A DNA stretch of 64,000 bases from Patescibacteria group bacterium (GCA_042568575.1 JBHPIO010000001.1:32001-96000); one strand, 5' to 3'; counted from the first letter of the stretch, positions 50,133 to 60,948 are shown. Notes: generated from the letters alone by a model not told the origin. Program-made: numbers and translations.

Positions 50133-50222
50133 AACTTTGATTAATGCATCACAGCCTTTACTAATGCGCTTTTTCGTAGTATAATATTATAATGTTTTAA
50201 AATAAAAATTAACAAATACAAA

Positions 50223-52313
50223 ATGGCAAATGAAACACAAAATCCAGCTCCAAAGAAAATGTCTAAATGGCTAATTGGAGGTGGTATTACAGCACTTGTT
50301 GCAGTAATTGCAGTTATTGGGATATTTGGAACCCAAGGAGGATGGTTCAAGGGATATACTTTCCAGGCAATCGCAGATACTACAATTTATGTTGACGGTA
50401 ATAAATCGTGGATAGATTACAGCAGTTATGTTCATGGTTCAAAGGAAGCACCTTATCTAACAATCAGTGAAGCTATCACTGATTTCAGTCAATCAGGTGG
50501 TGGACCAATCAGAGTTGCTGCAGGATTCTATGAAGAAGGTTTTAATCTTTCTGGATATGATGATTTTGAAATTCTTGGTGGATATAACAGTACTTTCTCA
50601 TCTCGAAATTCTTTAAGTACAATAAAAGGTATCGTTTCTTTTGGAAATATGGGAGGTGAAGTTTCAGGATTCACCTTCGCAGCTATTGATGGTGCAAACT
50701 ATATGCTAACTGTAAATAACACAGGAAACAGCGAATATATGGATGTCAAAAATAATATCTTTACTGGTGGTATTGTAAGCCAAGCCTTTGTAAAAGCAGA
50801 AGGAAAAGTGAACGTAATAAATAACGAATTCAATTTTGCTAAATCAGGAAAAGCAGTGCTTCATACTACTACCGGAGCATATGTTGGAAACAACGAGTTT
50901 TATGGTTCCGTTGGTGGACAGAGTGACAAAGGAATCATAGTTGCAGACGGATCTACAGTTGTGAACAATGTTATTGCAAAATCATTATCTGGAACAAGCA
51001 ATGGTATTCGTGGAAATGGACTTACAAAAATATATAACAATACTATTTCAGACAACGCATTTATAAACGACTCAATTTCAATAAATGGTGATGAAACTGC
51101 ATACAACAATTTGATTGCAAACAATTCAGGAAATGCGATAGGTATTATTGGATTTGGTGCAGCAAGAAATAATGGAATTCATAATACAAATGTGAGCACA
51201 GGATTTCTTTTAAATGGGAATTTCCTTTGTGATCCAAAGTTAAAGTCATCAAGAGGCTATAACGCCGAAGACTACAAATTAGGTGAGGGCTCAAATTGTA
51301 TTGATGCAGGAGCAAATGCTGCATCTTATGCTCCAAAAGATTACTTTGGAACATCAAGACCTCAAAACTCGAAATTTGATGTTGGATTCCATGAAGTACC
51401 AGTTGCAATAATTGGGTTCATAGTTGATCCAATTATTACTATTCAAAGTGTTTGTGGAAATAATATTAAAGAAGCAGGAGAGCTATGTGACGACGGAAAT
51501 ACTGTGAGCGGTGATGGATGTGATTCTTCATGTCAGGTTGAAGCAGTTCTTATTGATCCAGTATTCGTTGAATGTGGAAATGGAAGCCTGGAAATTAATG
51601 AAGAATGTGACGACGGAAATACAACAAGCGGTGACGGTTGTAGCTCAACTTGTGAAGAAGAGGAAGACGTTTGTCCAAACTTAAATGGATTTCAATCAGA
51701 GGTTCCAAACGGTTATGAAGAAGTTTCTGGTGAGTGTTTCCCGCTTGGAGATCCTTCAATCCCAGATCCAGAACCAGTAGAATGTGGTGAATGGTCTGAT
51801 ATTTCAAAAAATGACACTGAATATGACATTTGGGTATGGCTTTGTGAAAAGGATATTGTGCAAGGTCATTCAAGCGGATACCTAGCTCCAGAAGACCTAC
51901 TTACTCGAGCTGAACTACTTGCATTAGCATTTAGAGCAAGTGATTACTTGAATATCTACAATGTAGATGAAAATGCAGATTTTTGTTTCAATGATGTAGA
52001 AGACGAATGGTATGCACCATACTTCTGTACTGCAAAAGACGAAGGATTTGTTCAAGGTTACGCAGGAAATCTTGCAAAACCAGGTAACAATGTAATTCTT
52101 GCAGAAGGATTAAAGATGTTCCTTGGAGCGGTAGATCATGCTTATTCAATCGATTCTGGTGATTGTTGGTATTGTTCAATGGTTTGGTCATCTGAGCCAA
52201 AAGGATTCCTTCCATATACATTCAATAGCCCAACTGACATTGGTCCAATTGAATTAACACGAAGAAAAGCATTTAACATGCTTTACAGAATTCTAAGTTA
52301 CGACAATCTGTAA
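50223..52313 (+). CDS. Surface protein: parallel beta-helix, choice-of-anchor-Q-like segment, two Myxococcus-type Cys-rich repeats and SLH-like domains
   Basis: N-terminal TM; NN-rich repeats; CIDAG...DVG.HE; CGN....E.CDDGN..SGDGC...C twice; F.DV...WY..Y, LTRAELL. Confidence 0.78.
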   Translation: MANETQNPAPKKMSKWLIGGGITALVAVIAVIGIFGTQGGWFKGYTFQAIADTTIYVDGNKSWIDYSSYVHGSKEAPYLTISEAITDFSQSGGGPIRVAAGFYEEGFNLSGYDDFEILGGYNSTFSSRNSLSTIKGIVSFGNMGGEVSGFTFAAIDGANYMLTVNNTGNSEYMDVKNNIFTGGIVSQAFVKAEGKVNVINNEFNFAKSGKAVLHTTTGAYVGNNEFYGSVGGQSDKGIIVADGSTVVNNVIAKSLSGTSNGIRGNGLTKIYNNTISDNAFINDSISINGDETAYNNLIANNSGNAIGIIGFGAARNNGIHNTNVSTGFLLNGNFLCDPKLKSSRGYNAEDYKLGEGSNCIDAGANAASYAPKDYFGTSRPQNSKFDVGFHEVPVAIIGFIVDPIITIQSVCGNNIKEAGELCDDGNTVSGDGCDSSCQVEAVLIDPVFVECGNGSLEINEECDDGNTTSGDGCSSTCEEEEDVCPNLNGFQSEVPNGYEEVSGECFPLGDPSIPDPEPVECGEWSDISKNDTEYDIWVWLCEKDIVQGHSSGYLAPEDLLTRAELLALAFRASDYLNIYNVDENADFCFNDVEDEWYAPYFCTAKDEGFVQGYAGNLAKPGNNVILAEGLKMFLGAVDHAYSIDSGDCWYCSMVWSSEPKGFLPYTFNSPTDIGPIELTRRKAFNMLYRILSYDNL

Positions 52314-52330
52314 AAACATAAAAAACATTC

Positions 52331-52367
52331 AAAAGGGGAATCTTATAACTAAGGTTCCTCTTTTTTT
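52331..52367. terminator. Bidirectional intrinsic terminator between convergent genes
   Basis: AAAAGGGGAATCTTA-taac-TAAGGTTCCTCTTTT. Confidence 0.7.
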
Positions 52368-52869
52368 ATATAGTAAGTACAAATTGGATAATATTCACAA
52401 CCACCCAGGCAACAAGAACTAACACAAGGCCTAGTAATGCATGCATAACCGTTCCTTTTGCTGCATCACGTTTATCTGTAGCTCCAGCAATTACAAACTG
52501 GTACCCCGCTATCACAAGGAACAAAATAGCTATAAGCCCTGCAATTCCAATTAAAAACTCAATAAAGTTCACAATAAAGTAGGGAACCATCCAAAAATGG
52601 ATTCTTCCTGTTTTTATAGCACATCCCAAAACTTCACCTCTTTCCGAAGCATCTTCTTTAATAGCTTCTCTAAATTGCTTTACTGGATCTTCTGCTTCAT
52701 CATAATCATCCAGCAAATCTCCACATTTCATTGTTTCTTCTTTTGGCTGAGGAATCAACGTTCCTAAGCCCTGGGCAGACGCAGGAACTGCCAGCAATTG
52801 AAAGCTGAGAATGAAAACAATCAGAAATGTTGTGAAGAATTTTGTCATTTTAATCTTTAAATTTCTCAA
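52366..52869 (-). CDS. CPR-type pilin (TrbC/VirB2-like)
   Basis: Signal peptide, Cys pair, IAG.IAILFL.IAGYQ...AG......AK.T...A.LGL..V..AW.VV. Confidence 0.75.
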   Translation of the reverse strand: MRNLKIKMTKFFTTFLIVFILSFQLLAVPASAQGLGTLIPQPKEETMKCGDLLDDYDEAEDPVKQFREAIKEDASERGEVLGCAIKTGRIHFWMVPYFIVNFIEFLIGIAGLIAILFLVIAGYQFVIAGATDKRDAAKGTVMHALLGLVLVLVAWVVVNIIQFVLTI

Positions 52870-52936
52870 TAATTATACCATACCATTGCTGCAATCAAAT
52901 AGTTCAAGTAATATAGAGCAGCCTTAATTAAAAATC

Positions 52937-54268
52937 ATGAAACCGTTAATAGCATTAGTGGGCAGGCCAAATGTAGGAAAATCGACATTATTCAACAGAT
53001 TAATAGGAAAAAGACTCGCTGTTATTTCCGATGTTGCAGGTACTACTCGTGATCGAATTTATCAAAATATAGAAATGGATGACATTGAAGTTACACTTGT
53101 GGATACGGGTGGGCTTTCATATGGTAAAAAAGAGAGTTTGGAAGCGGAAATACAAACACAAGCGCATCTTGCGATTGAAAAGGCTGATATTATTTATTTC
53201 GTAGTTGATGCCAGTCACCAACTTACTGTTGACGACTTTGCTGCAGCGGATATTCTGCGTAAAACAAAAAAGCCAGTACTTTTTATTGCGAATAAATATG
53301 ATGGTAAAGAAGCAATAGACCGTTTAATGGAACTGTACGAAATTGGTTTTGGTGAACCTTTAGCAATTTCTGCGATTCACAATAGGGGAATAGACGAACT
53401 AGTTCAAAGAACAACAAAACTACTTAAAAAACTTCCAAAAGAGAAACGTAAAAAAGTAAAAGAAGACAAGAATTCGGTTCATATTAGCTTTCTTGGAAAA
53501 CCAAATGTAGGGAAATCGTCACTTGTTAACGCCTTACTTGGTGAAGATCGTGTAATAGTTTCAGATATTCCAGGAACAACAAGAGATTCAACTAATACCC
53601 ATATAGAATTCGAAGATAAAAAGTACACTCTGATTGATACAGCAGGTTTGCGAAAAAGAGGAAAGATAGAGAGGGGGATTGAAAAATTCAGCAGTCTTAG
53701 ATGCTTTCAGGCTCTTGATCAAAGCGATGTTGCACTTTTGATTTTGGATTTTGATGAAAGAATAAGCAAGCAGGACATGCATATTGCCGGCTACATTTTA
53801 GAAGCAAAAAAAGGAGTAATAATTGTGGTAAATAAAATCGACCTAACAGAAGAAGAAAAAGATCGTGATAAATTTTTGCGGCTTGTACAAAGGAAATTTT
53901 CATTCCTTCCATGGGCTCCACTCGTGTTCGTATCGGCATTAAAGAAAAAGAATATTACAAAGATTTATGAACTTGCAGAGCAAATCGTCGAAGAAAGAAA
54001 GAAAAGAATACCAACAGGAGAATTAAATAACTTCATTAAAAAGATTACTTTCAAACATGTTCCAAGCGGAACTAAAAGGATCAAACCTAAGATCTTTTAT
54101 GTTACTCAAACTGGAATTAATCCGCCGGAATTTGTGTTTTTTGTGAATCAAGCAAATGCGATTCACTTTTCTTATCGACGCTATCTTGAAAATGAGCTTC
54201 GGAAGGAATATGGCTTTGGTGGGACCGCTCTGAAACTGGAATTTCGAAGTCGGAGTGAGCGGGCATAA
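52937..54268 (+). CDS. der: Ribosome biogenesis GTPase Der
   Basis: Two G domains (GRPNVGKS, GKPNVGKS, GTTRD, DTAG), C-terminal SYRRYLEN.LR. Confidence 0.98.
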   Translation: MKPLIALVGRPNVGKSTLFNRLIGKRLAVISDVAGTTRDRIYQNIEMDDIEVTLVDTGGLSYGKKESLEAEIQTQAHLAIEKADIIYFVVDASHQLTVDDFAAADILRKTKKPVLFIANKYDGKEAIDRLMELYEIGFGEPLAISAIHNRGIDELVQRTTKLLKKLPKEKRKKVKEDKNSVHISFLGKPNVGKSSLVNALLGEDRVIVSDIPGTTRDSTNTHIEFEDKKYTLIDTAGLRKRGKIERGIEKFSSLRCFQALDQSDVALLILDFDERISKQDMHIAGYILEAKKGVIIVVNKIDLTEEEKDRDKFLRLVQRKFSFLPWAPLVFVSALKKKNITKIYELAEQIVEERKKRIPTGELNNFIKKITFKHVPSGTKRIKPKIFYVTQTGINPPEFVFFVNQANAIHFSYRRYLENELRKEYGFGGTALKLEFRSRSERA

Positions 54269-55190
54269 AATATCTAGTATATTGATTAACTCTCTTTCGC
54301 CAAAGAGCGGAGTATTTTTTTCGCATATCATTATTATGGAATTTCAGCATTGTTCTTGAAACCACAATCCCATTATCTTCAGTAAGACAACTTGCCTTCT
54401 TTTTACATCTTCTCATTTGCCAATTCCTGAAAAAACATTCAATAAGATTTCCGAAATTACCTTTTAATGGAAACTCAAGAATCTTTTGTAATCTAAGTAA
54501 AAATTTTGATTCAGGAAGAAGGTGTAATTTTTGATTTACCTCGTAATCAAAATATCTTTTCAGCCAATCGTTCTCTTTAATGAATTCCTTATAAGTATGC
54601 TTACCAATCAAAGGCCGCATAAGACGCATCCAAAACACGAAGTAGATATCTTTTTCTTGTTTAACAGACTCGATATTCAACTGATCTCGTGAAATTAAAA
54701 AACTCAAGCAAAATCTCCCCCTAATCTTGTTACCATGACGTCTTATTCCAAGGAAATGAGTAAAAAGCCATGCATAAGTACGAGCTAAAAATAAACGATT
54801 CTTTTCGGCAATAATGAATATATCAATATCGCTTCCTTTTTCTGCATCATAAAAAGAGAGACTATTGCAAAGACCAACCATTCTTATAAACGGAAGCATC
54901 TGCATATATTTAACAAACTTCTTTGTTTTTGAAATCAACTTTCTTGCTCTATGCTCCTTCTCCTTTCTTACTCTAACCGTCAAAGACCTTCCTCTTAAAT
55001 AAACATGGCTATGCGTCTCATTCAGGAACTCTTCGTGATTATTAAAATTGCTTAATTCAGGTAAAGTCCACTTCTTATATAAGACGTAATCGCAAAATTC
55101 TTCCCTTGTCAGAGAAAAATCAAAAATATCGAAAAAGCATAGTGTTTCTATGAGCGCTTTTCGTTTTTTTGAAAGTTCCTCTTCTCGCAT
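54117..55190 (-). CDS. Nucleotidyltransferase-fold protein (CPR-type)
   Basis: LPFIRMVGLCNSL....A..GSDIDIFII; C-terminal LKFH.ND.R; 3' end overlaps der. Confidence 0.7.
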   Translation of the reverse strand: MREEELSKKRKALIETLCFFDIFDFSLTREEFCDYVLYKKWTLPELSNFNNHEEFLNETHSHVYLRGRSLTVRVRKEKEHRARKLISKTKKFVKYMQMLPFIRMVGLCNSLSFYDAEKGSDIDIFIIAEKNRLFLARTYAWLFTHFLGIRRHGNKIRGRFCLSFLISRDQLNIESVKQEKDIYFVFWMRLMRPLIGKHTYKEFIKENDWLKRYFDYEVNQKLHLLPESKFLLRLQKILEFPLKGNFGNLIECFFRNWQMRRCKKKASCLTEDNGIVVSRTMLKFHNNDMRKKYSALWRKRVNQYTRYFMPAHSDFEIPVSERSHQSHIPSEAHFQDSVDKKSESHLLDSQKTQIPAD

Positions 55191-55324
55191 AGTAATCCTA
55201 GATTATGACAATATAACTATACACTATTTTGTTGATATTTCCAGTTGAATCGACCTTTAAAACGAACAATAAATGCACCTTCATTCGTTATGGTATTATG
55301 TACGAAGAAATTAACCAACTTTCT

Positions 55325-57409
55325 ATGAAAAAACACGTGCGACTAGTAAGCTTTATTGTTGGACTTACGCTATTTCTCACAACAATAGTTCCGGTGCATG
55401 CATTCTTCGTTTATGAAGTGATCATACCGATAATCTTCAATCCAATTTACGTTGACGATGTAAATGGAAACGACACTAACTCTGGGTTGGATACAAGCAA
55501 TGCAGTGAAAACAATTACGAAAGCTATGGATATAGCGGAAAATGGAGCATTTACCACTTATCAAGTTCTAATCGCAGAAGGAAATTATGATGCGGAAACA
55601 TTCCCACTGGTAATTGCAGATAAAGATATTTCTGTTTTTGGAGGATATTATAACGATTTTGCTGAAAGAGACTCTGAAAATCATCAAACTGAAATTCAAG
55701 GAAACACCGATAACGCCGAACTATATACATTTGATATTTCAAATGCCTCTTCAACAATTTCTGGATTACGAATTTACGGACAATCTGCAGGTGCCTCAGT
55801 TATCAACATCTCAAACGGGGATGGTGCTGGGCATAACCTAAACATTAATGCCGTTGAAGTTGATGATTCATTCGTCCTTGGAGGAGCAATTTTTGCAAAC
55901 CTTGAATCTGGAGATAATCTTTCTGTTTTCAATAACTACATTCACGATACGGAAGCGTGGATTAGTGCAATAACAGTAGAAGGAGATCATAGTCTGGCGT
56001 ATGTTTATGGAAACTTTATTTACAACACAACCGCTTCAACACAAGTAAATGTTACAAATACATTGGTTTATAACAATATCATTTCGAAGGGTACTGCAAT
56101 TGGGCTAAACCTAAAAAATGGAAGCGCTGCATATAACAATACAATTGTTGATAATGCTACAGGAATCAATGTTCCATCTGGAGTTTCGGGAGCTAAATTC
56201 TTCAATAATCTTATTGCGGACAACTCAAGCTCAGGTGTGGCTTTAGGTTCTTCGGCTACTTTCGATTACAACGCTTATTTCGGAAATGGAACGATTCTTC
56301 TTGGAGCAAATGAAGTAGAATGTGATCCTGGACTTTCATACACATCAAACCAAAGTGACTACCAATTAGCTGATGGATCTGAATGTATTGATAAAGGAAC
56401 TGAAATAACTGAAGTAGGTGTTGATTATTTTGGTGAGACCAGAAAAAAAGATGGAAACGCTGACAGTGTTTACGCAACTGATCCTGGAGCTCATGAAGCT
56501 GATGGAGATGAAGCTGATACTCCCGCAATTTCTAACGACGATGCAAGTCCAGATGCTTTCTCGCCTGATGGAGACGGTGTAAATGATACAAGTACAATAA
56601 CTTTTGAACTTAACGTTACTTCGAACATAATGGTTGAAATTTACCAAGATACAACCCTCATAACTGAAGTTGTTAATGAAGTAATGGAATCAGGAACTCA
56701 CAATGTTATATGGAACGGAACTGATGCAAGCAGTGATCCAGCTGGAGAAGGAAACTACACATACAAAATAACTGCTGAAAACAGTGAAGGCACAGATGAC
56801 GTTGATGGAACTGTTGCAATCAATTTCAATGCAAATGCACAAGTGTGTGCAGCATTTACCGATGTAGCTTTCAATGATCCTTTATGTCCCGCAATTGAAT
56901 TCGTAAAAAATCAAGGAATCTTCCAAGGTTATCCTGATGGAACTTTCCGACCTAACGATGTAATTAATCGTGTTGAATCAACAAAAGTAATTCTTGAAGG
57001 GTTTAGCATTCCACTTCTTGCTGATGACAATACAAACCAAGGATTCACCGATGTGATCGTAAATGAATGGTATATGACTTATTTAAGGACTGGTAAAGAC
57101 GAAGGAGTTGTTCAGGGATATCCAGACGGAACCTTTAGACCTAACCAGCAAGTTGTAAGAGTAGAGCTGTTAAAGATCTTCTTTGAAACTTCTGGCGAAG
57201 ATTTATCAAGCGTGACAATAACAGGTGATCCATATCCAGATACAGTGGTTGATACAGAAACTAGCTGGTATATGCCGTATGTTCAATTCTCGAAAGACTA
57301 CGCACTTGTAGACGCTGACAATCAAGGAAACTTCAATCCTGCCGAAGGCATGAAACGTGGAGATGTAGCTGAACTATTCTACAGATTCCACCAAGAAGGG
57401 TTTATTTAA
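55325..57409 (+). CDS. Surface protein: DUF1565-like beta-helix, choice-of-anchor-Q-like segment, FlgD-Ig domain and SLH repeats
   Basis: Signal peptide MKKH...VHA; YVD..NG.D.NSG...KTI.KA; FSPDGDG.ND, WNG.D; GYPDGTFRPN twice. Confidence 0.82.
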   Translation: MKKHVRLVSFIVGLTLFLTTIVPVHAFFVYEVIIPIIFNPIYVDDVNGNDTNSGLDTSNAVKTITKAMDIAENGAFTTYQVLIAEGNYDAETFPLVIADKDISVFGGYYNDFAERDSENHQTEIQGNTDNAELYTFDISNASSTISGLRIYGQSAGASVINISNGDGAGHNLNINAVEVDDSFVLGGAIFANLESGDNLSVFNNYIHDTEAWISAITVEGDHSLAYVYGNFIYNTTASTQVNVTNTLVYNNIISKGTAIGLNLKNGSAAYNNTIVDNATGINVPSGVSGAKFFNNLIADNSSSGVALGSSATFDYNAYFGNGTILLGANEVECDPGLSYTSNQSDYQLADGSECIDKGTEITEVGVDYFGETRKKDGNADSVYATDPGAHEADGDEADTPAISNDDASPDAFSPDGDGVNDTSTITFELNVTSNIMVEIYQDTTLITEVVNEVMESGTHNVIWNGTDASSDPAGEGNYTYKITAENSEGTDDVDGTVAINFNANAQVCAAFTDVAFNDPLCPAIEFVKNQGIFQGYPDGTFRPNDVINRVESTKVILEGFSIPLLADDNTNQGFTDVIVNEWYMTYLRTGKDEGVVQGYPDGTFRPNQQVVRVELLKIFFETSGEDLSSVTITGDPYPDTVVDTETSWYMPYVQFSKDYALVDADNQGNFNPAEGMKRGDVAELFYRFHQEGFI

Positions 57410-57427
57410 AAAGTATTAAAGAGTAAG

Positions 57428-57470
57428 GATGATCCGGGTGCCTTTACATTGGTATCCGGATCATTTTGTT
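57428..57470 (+). terminator. Intrinsic terminator
   Basis: GATGATCCGGGTGCC-N8-GGTATCCGGATCATT followed by TTGTT. Confidence 0.65.
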
Positions 57471-57486
57471 ATAAGATAGGATCGCT

Positions 57487-59583
57487 ATGAAAACTTCGAA
57501 AAAAATCTTGAAGATTTTGGAGAACATTCCAAAAAAACCTGGAGTCTATCAATTTAAAGATGAGTCAGGTGAAATTTTATATATTGGAAAAGCGATTGAT
57601 CTGCGTAAACGTGTAAAAAACTACTTCCAGCAAACAGATAAGCAATCGGTTCGAATTCAGAAGATGATTTCGCAAATAAATGATATAGATTACACGATTG
57701 TTTCGTCTGATCTTGAAGCGATTATCCTAGAAACAAACCTAATTAAAGAAATACGTCCGAAATACAATATCTTGATGAAGGACGATAAGAACTTTGTGTA
57801 TATCAAAATAACTAAGAATGAGGATTTCCCACAAATTAGTATAGTTAGAAAGGTTTTGAATGACGGAGCCCTATATTTTGGCCCAAAAACAGCAGCAAAC
57901 AAAGTTCGCAAGACGCTTGATGTACTTAAGAAGATTTTTCCATACCGGCATTGCAATTTGTTTATGGAATACCATAAAGGAAAGGTGGTCGTAACAAAGA
58001 AAACAACAAAATATCCGTGTTTGGATTTTCATATCAAAAGATGTATTGGCCCTTGTGTTGGAAATTGCTCCAAAGAGGAGTACGACGCTATTATTAAGCA
58101 AATAATTCATTTTCTTCAAGGCAAGGCAGATGAAATTTTAGAAATGCTTTCAAAAGAAATGCAACAAGCTGCACTAGATAAGAAATTCGAGAAAGCAGCA
58201 AAATTGCGTGATAAACTTCACGCTGTTCAAGAGATAATTGAGAAGCAAGTAATAAGTGCGCCGCATCGTGAGGATATAGATGCCGTGAACTATTCCGAAG
58301 ATTCAGGACGAGTGTTTTTCACTTTATTCATGATTCGTGACGGGAAGCTTATTAATCAGGAAAACTTCGTCTTTAAGAGCGGAGAAGATGATGAAAAAAT
58401 CGATGATACTAATGAAATTTTAGAGTCATTTTTAAAGCAGTATTATGAGAAAACAACAGATTTTCCAAAAGAAATCTTAATTCCTCACGAGATTGTGAAT
58501 GCAGAATTAATGGCAAAGTGGATTACTTCATTAAAAGGAAAAAAAGTGTCACTCATGATTCCGCAAAAAGGGGAGAAGCATAAAATCCTCGATTTAACTT
58601 TGAGGAATGCTAAAACTTATGCAAATCTAAGTCGAGTAAAATGGCAAAACAATGAAGTAAAACGCAAAAAGGCATTAGAAGAATTAAAAGAGAAACTGAA
58701 ATTACCAAAAATACCGCGACGCATAGAGTGCTACGATATTTCTCATATTTCAGGCACAAACCAGGTTGCATCAATGGTTGTGTTTGAAAATGGGATGCCA
58801 ACCAATAACAAGTACAGGCGATTCAAAATTCGAACTGTTCAAGAAGGTAAACCTGACGATTTTGCCGCAATGCTCGAAGTTTTAAAAAGACGATTTTTGT
58901 ATTTAGTTAAGAGCAAAAGCAATGTTTCGCTCCGAAAAGGCTCAAAAAAAGATCATGATGAAATTGCGAAGCTAGCTGGAAAAAAGAAAGTGAAGGTAGA
59001 AGAATATATTAAAGGCACAAAAGATAAAAAGATTGCTGGAATAGCAAAATATGAATCATTTGATGAGTTAGATTATTTTAAAGATATTCATTTTGCTGAC
59101 GAAAAAGAGGATACTCACAAAAACTTTATTATGGCCATGATTGATAAGGCTAAGAGAAGTCGTGTGTACGTTTCTGTTCCTAAGGCGGAAATAAAAGAAT
59201 ATGAAACAAGCGGATTTCAAATTGTAAAAAAGACCCCAAATGAAATTAAATTGCAAAGAGGAAAAGCCTGTCTTTTGTTCAACAAGTCAAAATATAAAGA
59301 AGAAAAAGGTTTTGCTAAAAAACCTGATTTAGTAGTGATTGATGGAGGAAAAGGACAGCTTACGCAAGGCATAAAAGTCGAAAAGGAATTCGATGTTGAT
59401 ATCCCACTTGTCGCTCTTGCAAAAAAACATGAGGATGTATTTGTTCCCGGATCAAAAGGACCACTTCCTTTCGAAAAGAATTCCGAAGGGCTATACTTGC
59501 TTCAGCAAGTGCGTGATGAAGCGCATCGGTTCGCACTCGCATATCACAGGAAACTCAGAGGGAAAGAAATGATTGAATCTTAA
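57487..59583 (+). CDS. uvrC: Excinuclease ABC subunit C (with internal insertion, no HhH tail)
   Basis: GIY-YIG (PGVY...LYIGKA..LRKRV), UVR domain, RIECYDISH, PDL..IDGGKGQL, RDEAHRFA. Confidence 0.95.
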   Translation: MKTSKKILKILENIPKKPGVYQFKDESGEILYIGKAIDLRKRVKNYFQQTDKQSVRIQKMISQINDIDYTIVSSDLEAIILETNLIKEIRPKYNILMKDDKNFVYIKITKNEDFPQISIVRKVLNDGALYFGPKTAANKVRKTLDVLKKIFPYRHCNLFMEYHKGKVVVTKKTTKYPCLDFHIKRCIGPCVGNCSKEEYDAIIKQIIHFLQGKADEILEMLSKEMQQAALDKKFEKAAKLRDKLHAVQEIIEKQVISAPHREDIDAVNYSEDSGRVFFTLFMIRDGKLINQENFVFKSGEDDEKIDDTNEILESFLKQYYEKTTDFPKEILIPHEIVNAELMAKWITSLKGKKVSLMIPQKGEKHKILDLTLRNAKTYANLSRVKWQNNEVKRKKALEELKEKLKLPKIPRRIECYDISHISGTNQVASMVVFENGMPTNNKYRRFKIRTVQEGKPDDFAAMLEVLKRRFLYLVKSKSNVSLRKGSKKDHDEIAKLAGKKKVKVEEYIKGTKDKKIAGIAKYESFDELDYFKDIHFADEKEDTHKNFIMAMIDKAKRSRVYVSVPKAEIKEYETSGFQIVKKTPNEIKLQRGKACLLFNKSKYKEEKGFAKKPDLVVIDGGKGQLTQGIKVEKEFDVDIPLVALAKKHEDVFVPGSKGPLPFEKNSEGLYLLQQVRDEAHRFALAYHRKLRGKEMIES

Positions 59584-59594
59584 AATTTACATAT

Positions 59595-60278
59595 ATGTGT
59601 TTCTCGGCAACAGCAAGCCTAATTGCAGGTGCAACTACGGCTGGAATCGGGGTAGCAACAGTAAAAAACATTAAGTCTAAGCGCCAAATCCCACTTGCGA
59701 GCATTCCGTTTTTATTTGGTGTCCAACAGTTTATCGAAGGAGGAATATGGCTTTCTTTTAACATGCCGATGTTAAATTTAGTTCTGACTTATGTTTATAT
59801 ATTTTATTCACACATTTGGTGGCCATTCTTTATTCCATTTGCGATATTCATGGTCGAAGATCACAAAATTCGAAAGAAGATCCTATTTTTCTATATGGTC
59901 ATCGGAATTTGTATCGGAGTATATTTCACTGCATTCACTCTTACCGGACCAGTATCTTCAAGCATAATGAACAACAGTATCGGATATACGTGCAACTATT
60001 ATAATTTGGAGATAGTTCTTCTCTTTTACATGCTTACAACTTGCATTTGTTGCTTTATTTCAAGCCATAAAATGATTCGAGTATTTGGTGGGGCAACACT
60101 CCTTTCATCGTTTGTTGCATACCATTTTTACATCTACGTTTTCACGTCAGTTTGGTGCTTCTTCTCGGCGGTTTTGAGTGTAATTTTATATTTGCACTTC
60201 AAAGAAGAATACAAAATTGGTGATTACATCAATTCAGCATTCAAGAAAATGAAAAGTAGCTTTGATATCTTGAAATAG
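59595..60278 (+). CDS. Multi-TM membrane protein (DUF6629-like)
   Basis: MCFSATAS, IP.LFG.QQF.EG..W, F.SVWCFFSA. Confidence 0.7.
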   Translation: MCFSATASLIAGATTAGIGVATVKNIKSKRQIPLASIPFLFGVQQFIEGGIWLSFNMPMLNLVLTYVYIFYSHIWWPFFIPFAIFMVEDHKIRKKILFFYMVIGICIGVYFTAFTLTGPVSSSIMNNSIGYTCNYYNLEIVLLFYMLTTCICCFISSHKMIRVFGGATLLSSFVAYHFYIYVFTSVWCFFSAVLSVILYLHFKEEYKIGDYINSAFKKMKSSFDILK

Positions 60279-60299
60279 GGAAAGCTGCGAAGGAGGGAG

Positions 60300-60719
60300 C
60301 TATCCGAGGATTTCTTGGAGGGCTCTATTGGGATAGAGGAGAACTTTGGAGGGTTTTTTCTGTGAGAAACGAACACGAATATGTGCCTTAGTCATATTAT
60401 CATTGATTTGAACTGGCGTGATGGCATTCGGTCGCATCGGCGGGTGGGGAATGACATGAAGACAAACTGTATACAAGTCATTTAAATTCCCATATCTGGG
60501 CTCAATGTACTCATACTGTGATACAGACAAAACCATGGTAATTTTGGTTATCCCTGTATCGTCGTACGCAACCACAACCATGTCGTCTCCGAACATAAGA
60601 GTTTTATCATTCCGCGTATCGTATTCTCTACCCGTACCGAAGATATAGTATCTTTCGGGTTTATCAATGATTGTCATAGAGCCAACGAACTGCAGTTCCA
60701 CTTTTCCATGTCTCATCAA
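60300..60719 (-). CDS. Hypothetical protein
   Basis: 139 aa with AGGAG SD and its own predicted promoter (TTCACA-N17-TATAGT, 60853-60825). Confidence 0.55.
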   Translation of the reverse strand: MMRHGKVELQFVGSMTIIDKPERYYIFGTGREYDTRNDKTLMFGDDMVVVAYDDTGITKITMVLSVSQYEYIEPRYGNLNDLYTVCLHVIPHPPMRPNAITPVQINDNMTKAHIRVRFSQKKPSKVLLYPNRALQEILG

Positions 60720-60861
60720 TCCACTCCTGTATCATTCCAAAGAAAAAGGACATGCCTTCTTCGCAACGTGTTAAAGGTCAGACTTGACCAAAACCAACAT
60801 CGGTTCTCCAAGCCTAGGAGGCGAACTATACAAGAAAATGTGGTTTTTGTGAAATACTTTT

Positions 60862-60948
60862 TGGTGCCGAAGGAGGGAATCGAACCCTCACTCCATTGCT
60901 GGAATGCGATTTTGAGTCGCACGCGTCTACCAATTCCGCCACTTCGGC
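60862..60948 (-). tRNA. tRNA-Leu(CAA)
   Basis: GCCGAAGTGGCGGAATTGGTAGACGCG-TGCGA-CTCAAAA-TCGCA, long variable arm, GGTTCGATTCCCTCCTTCGGCACCA. Confidence 0.96.
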
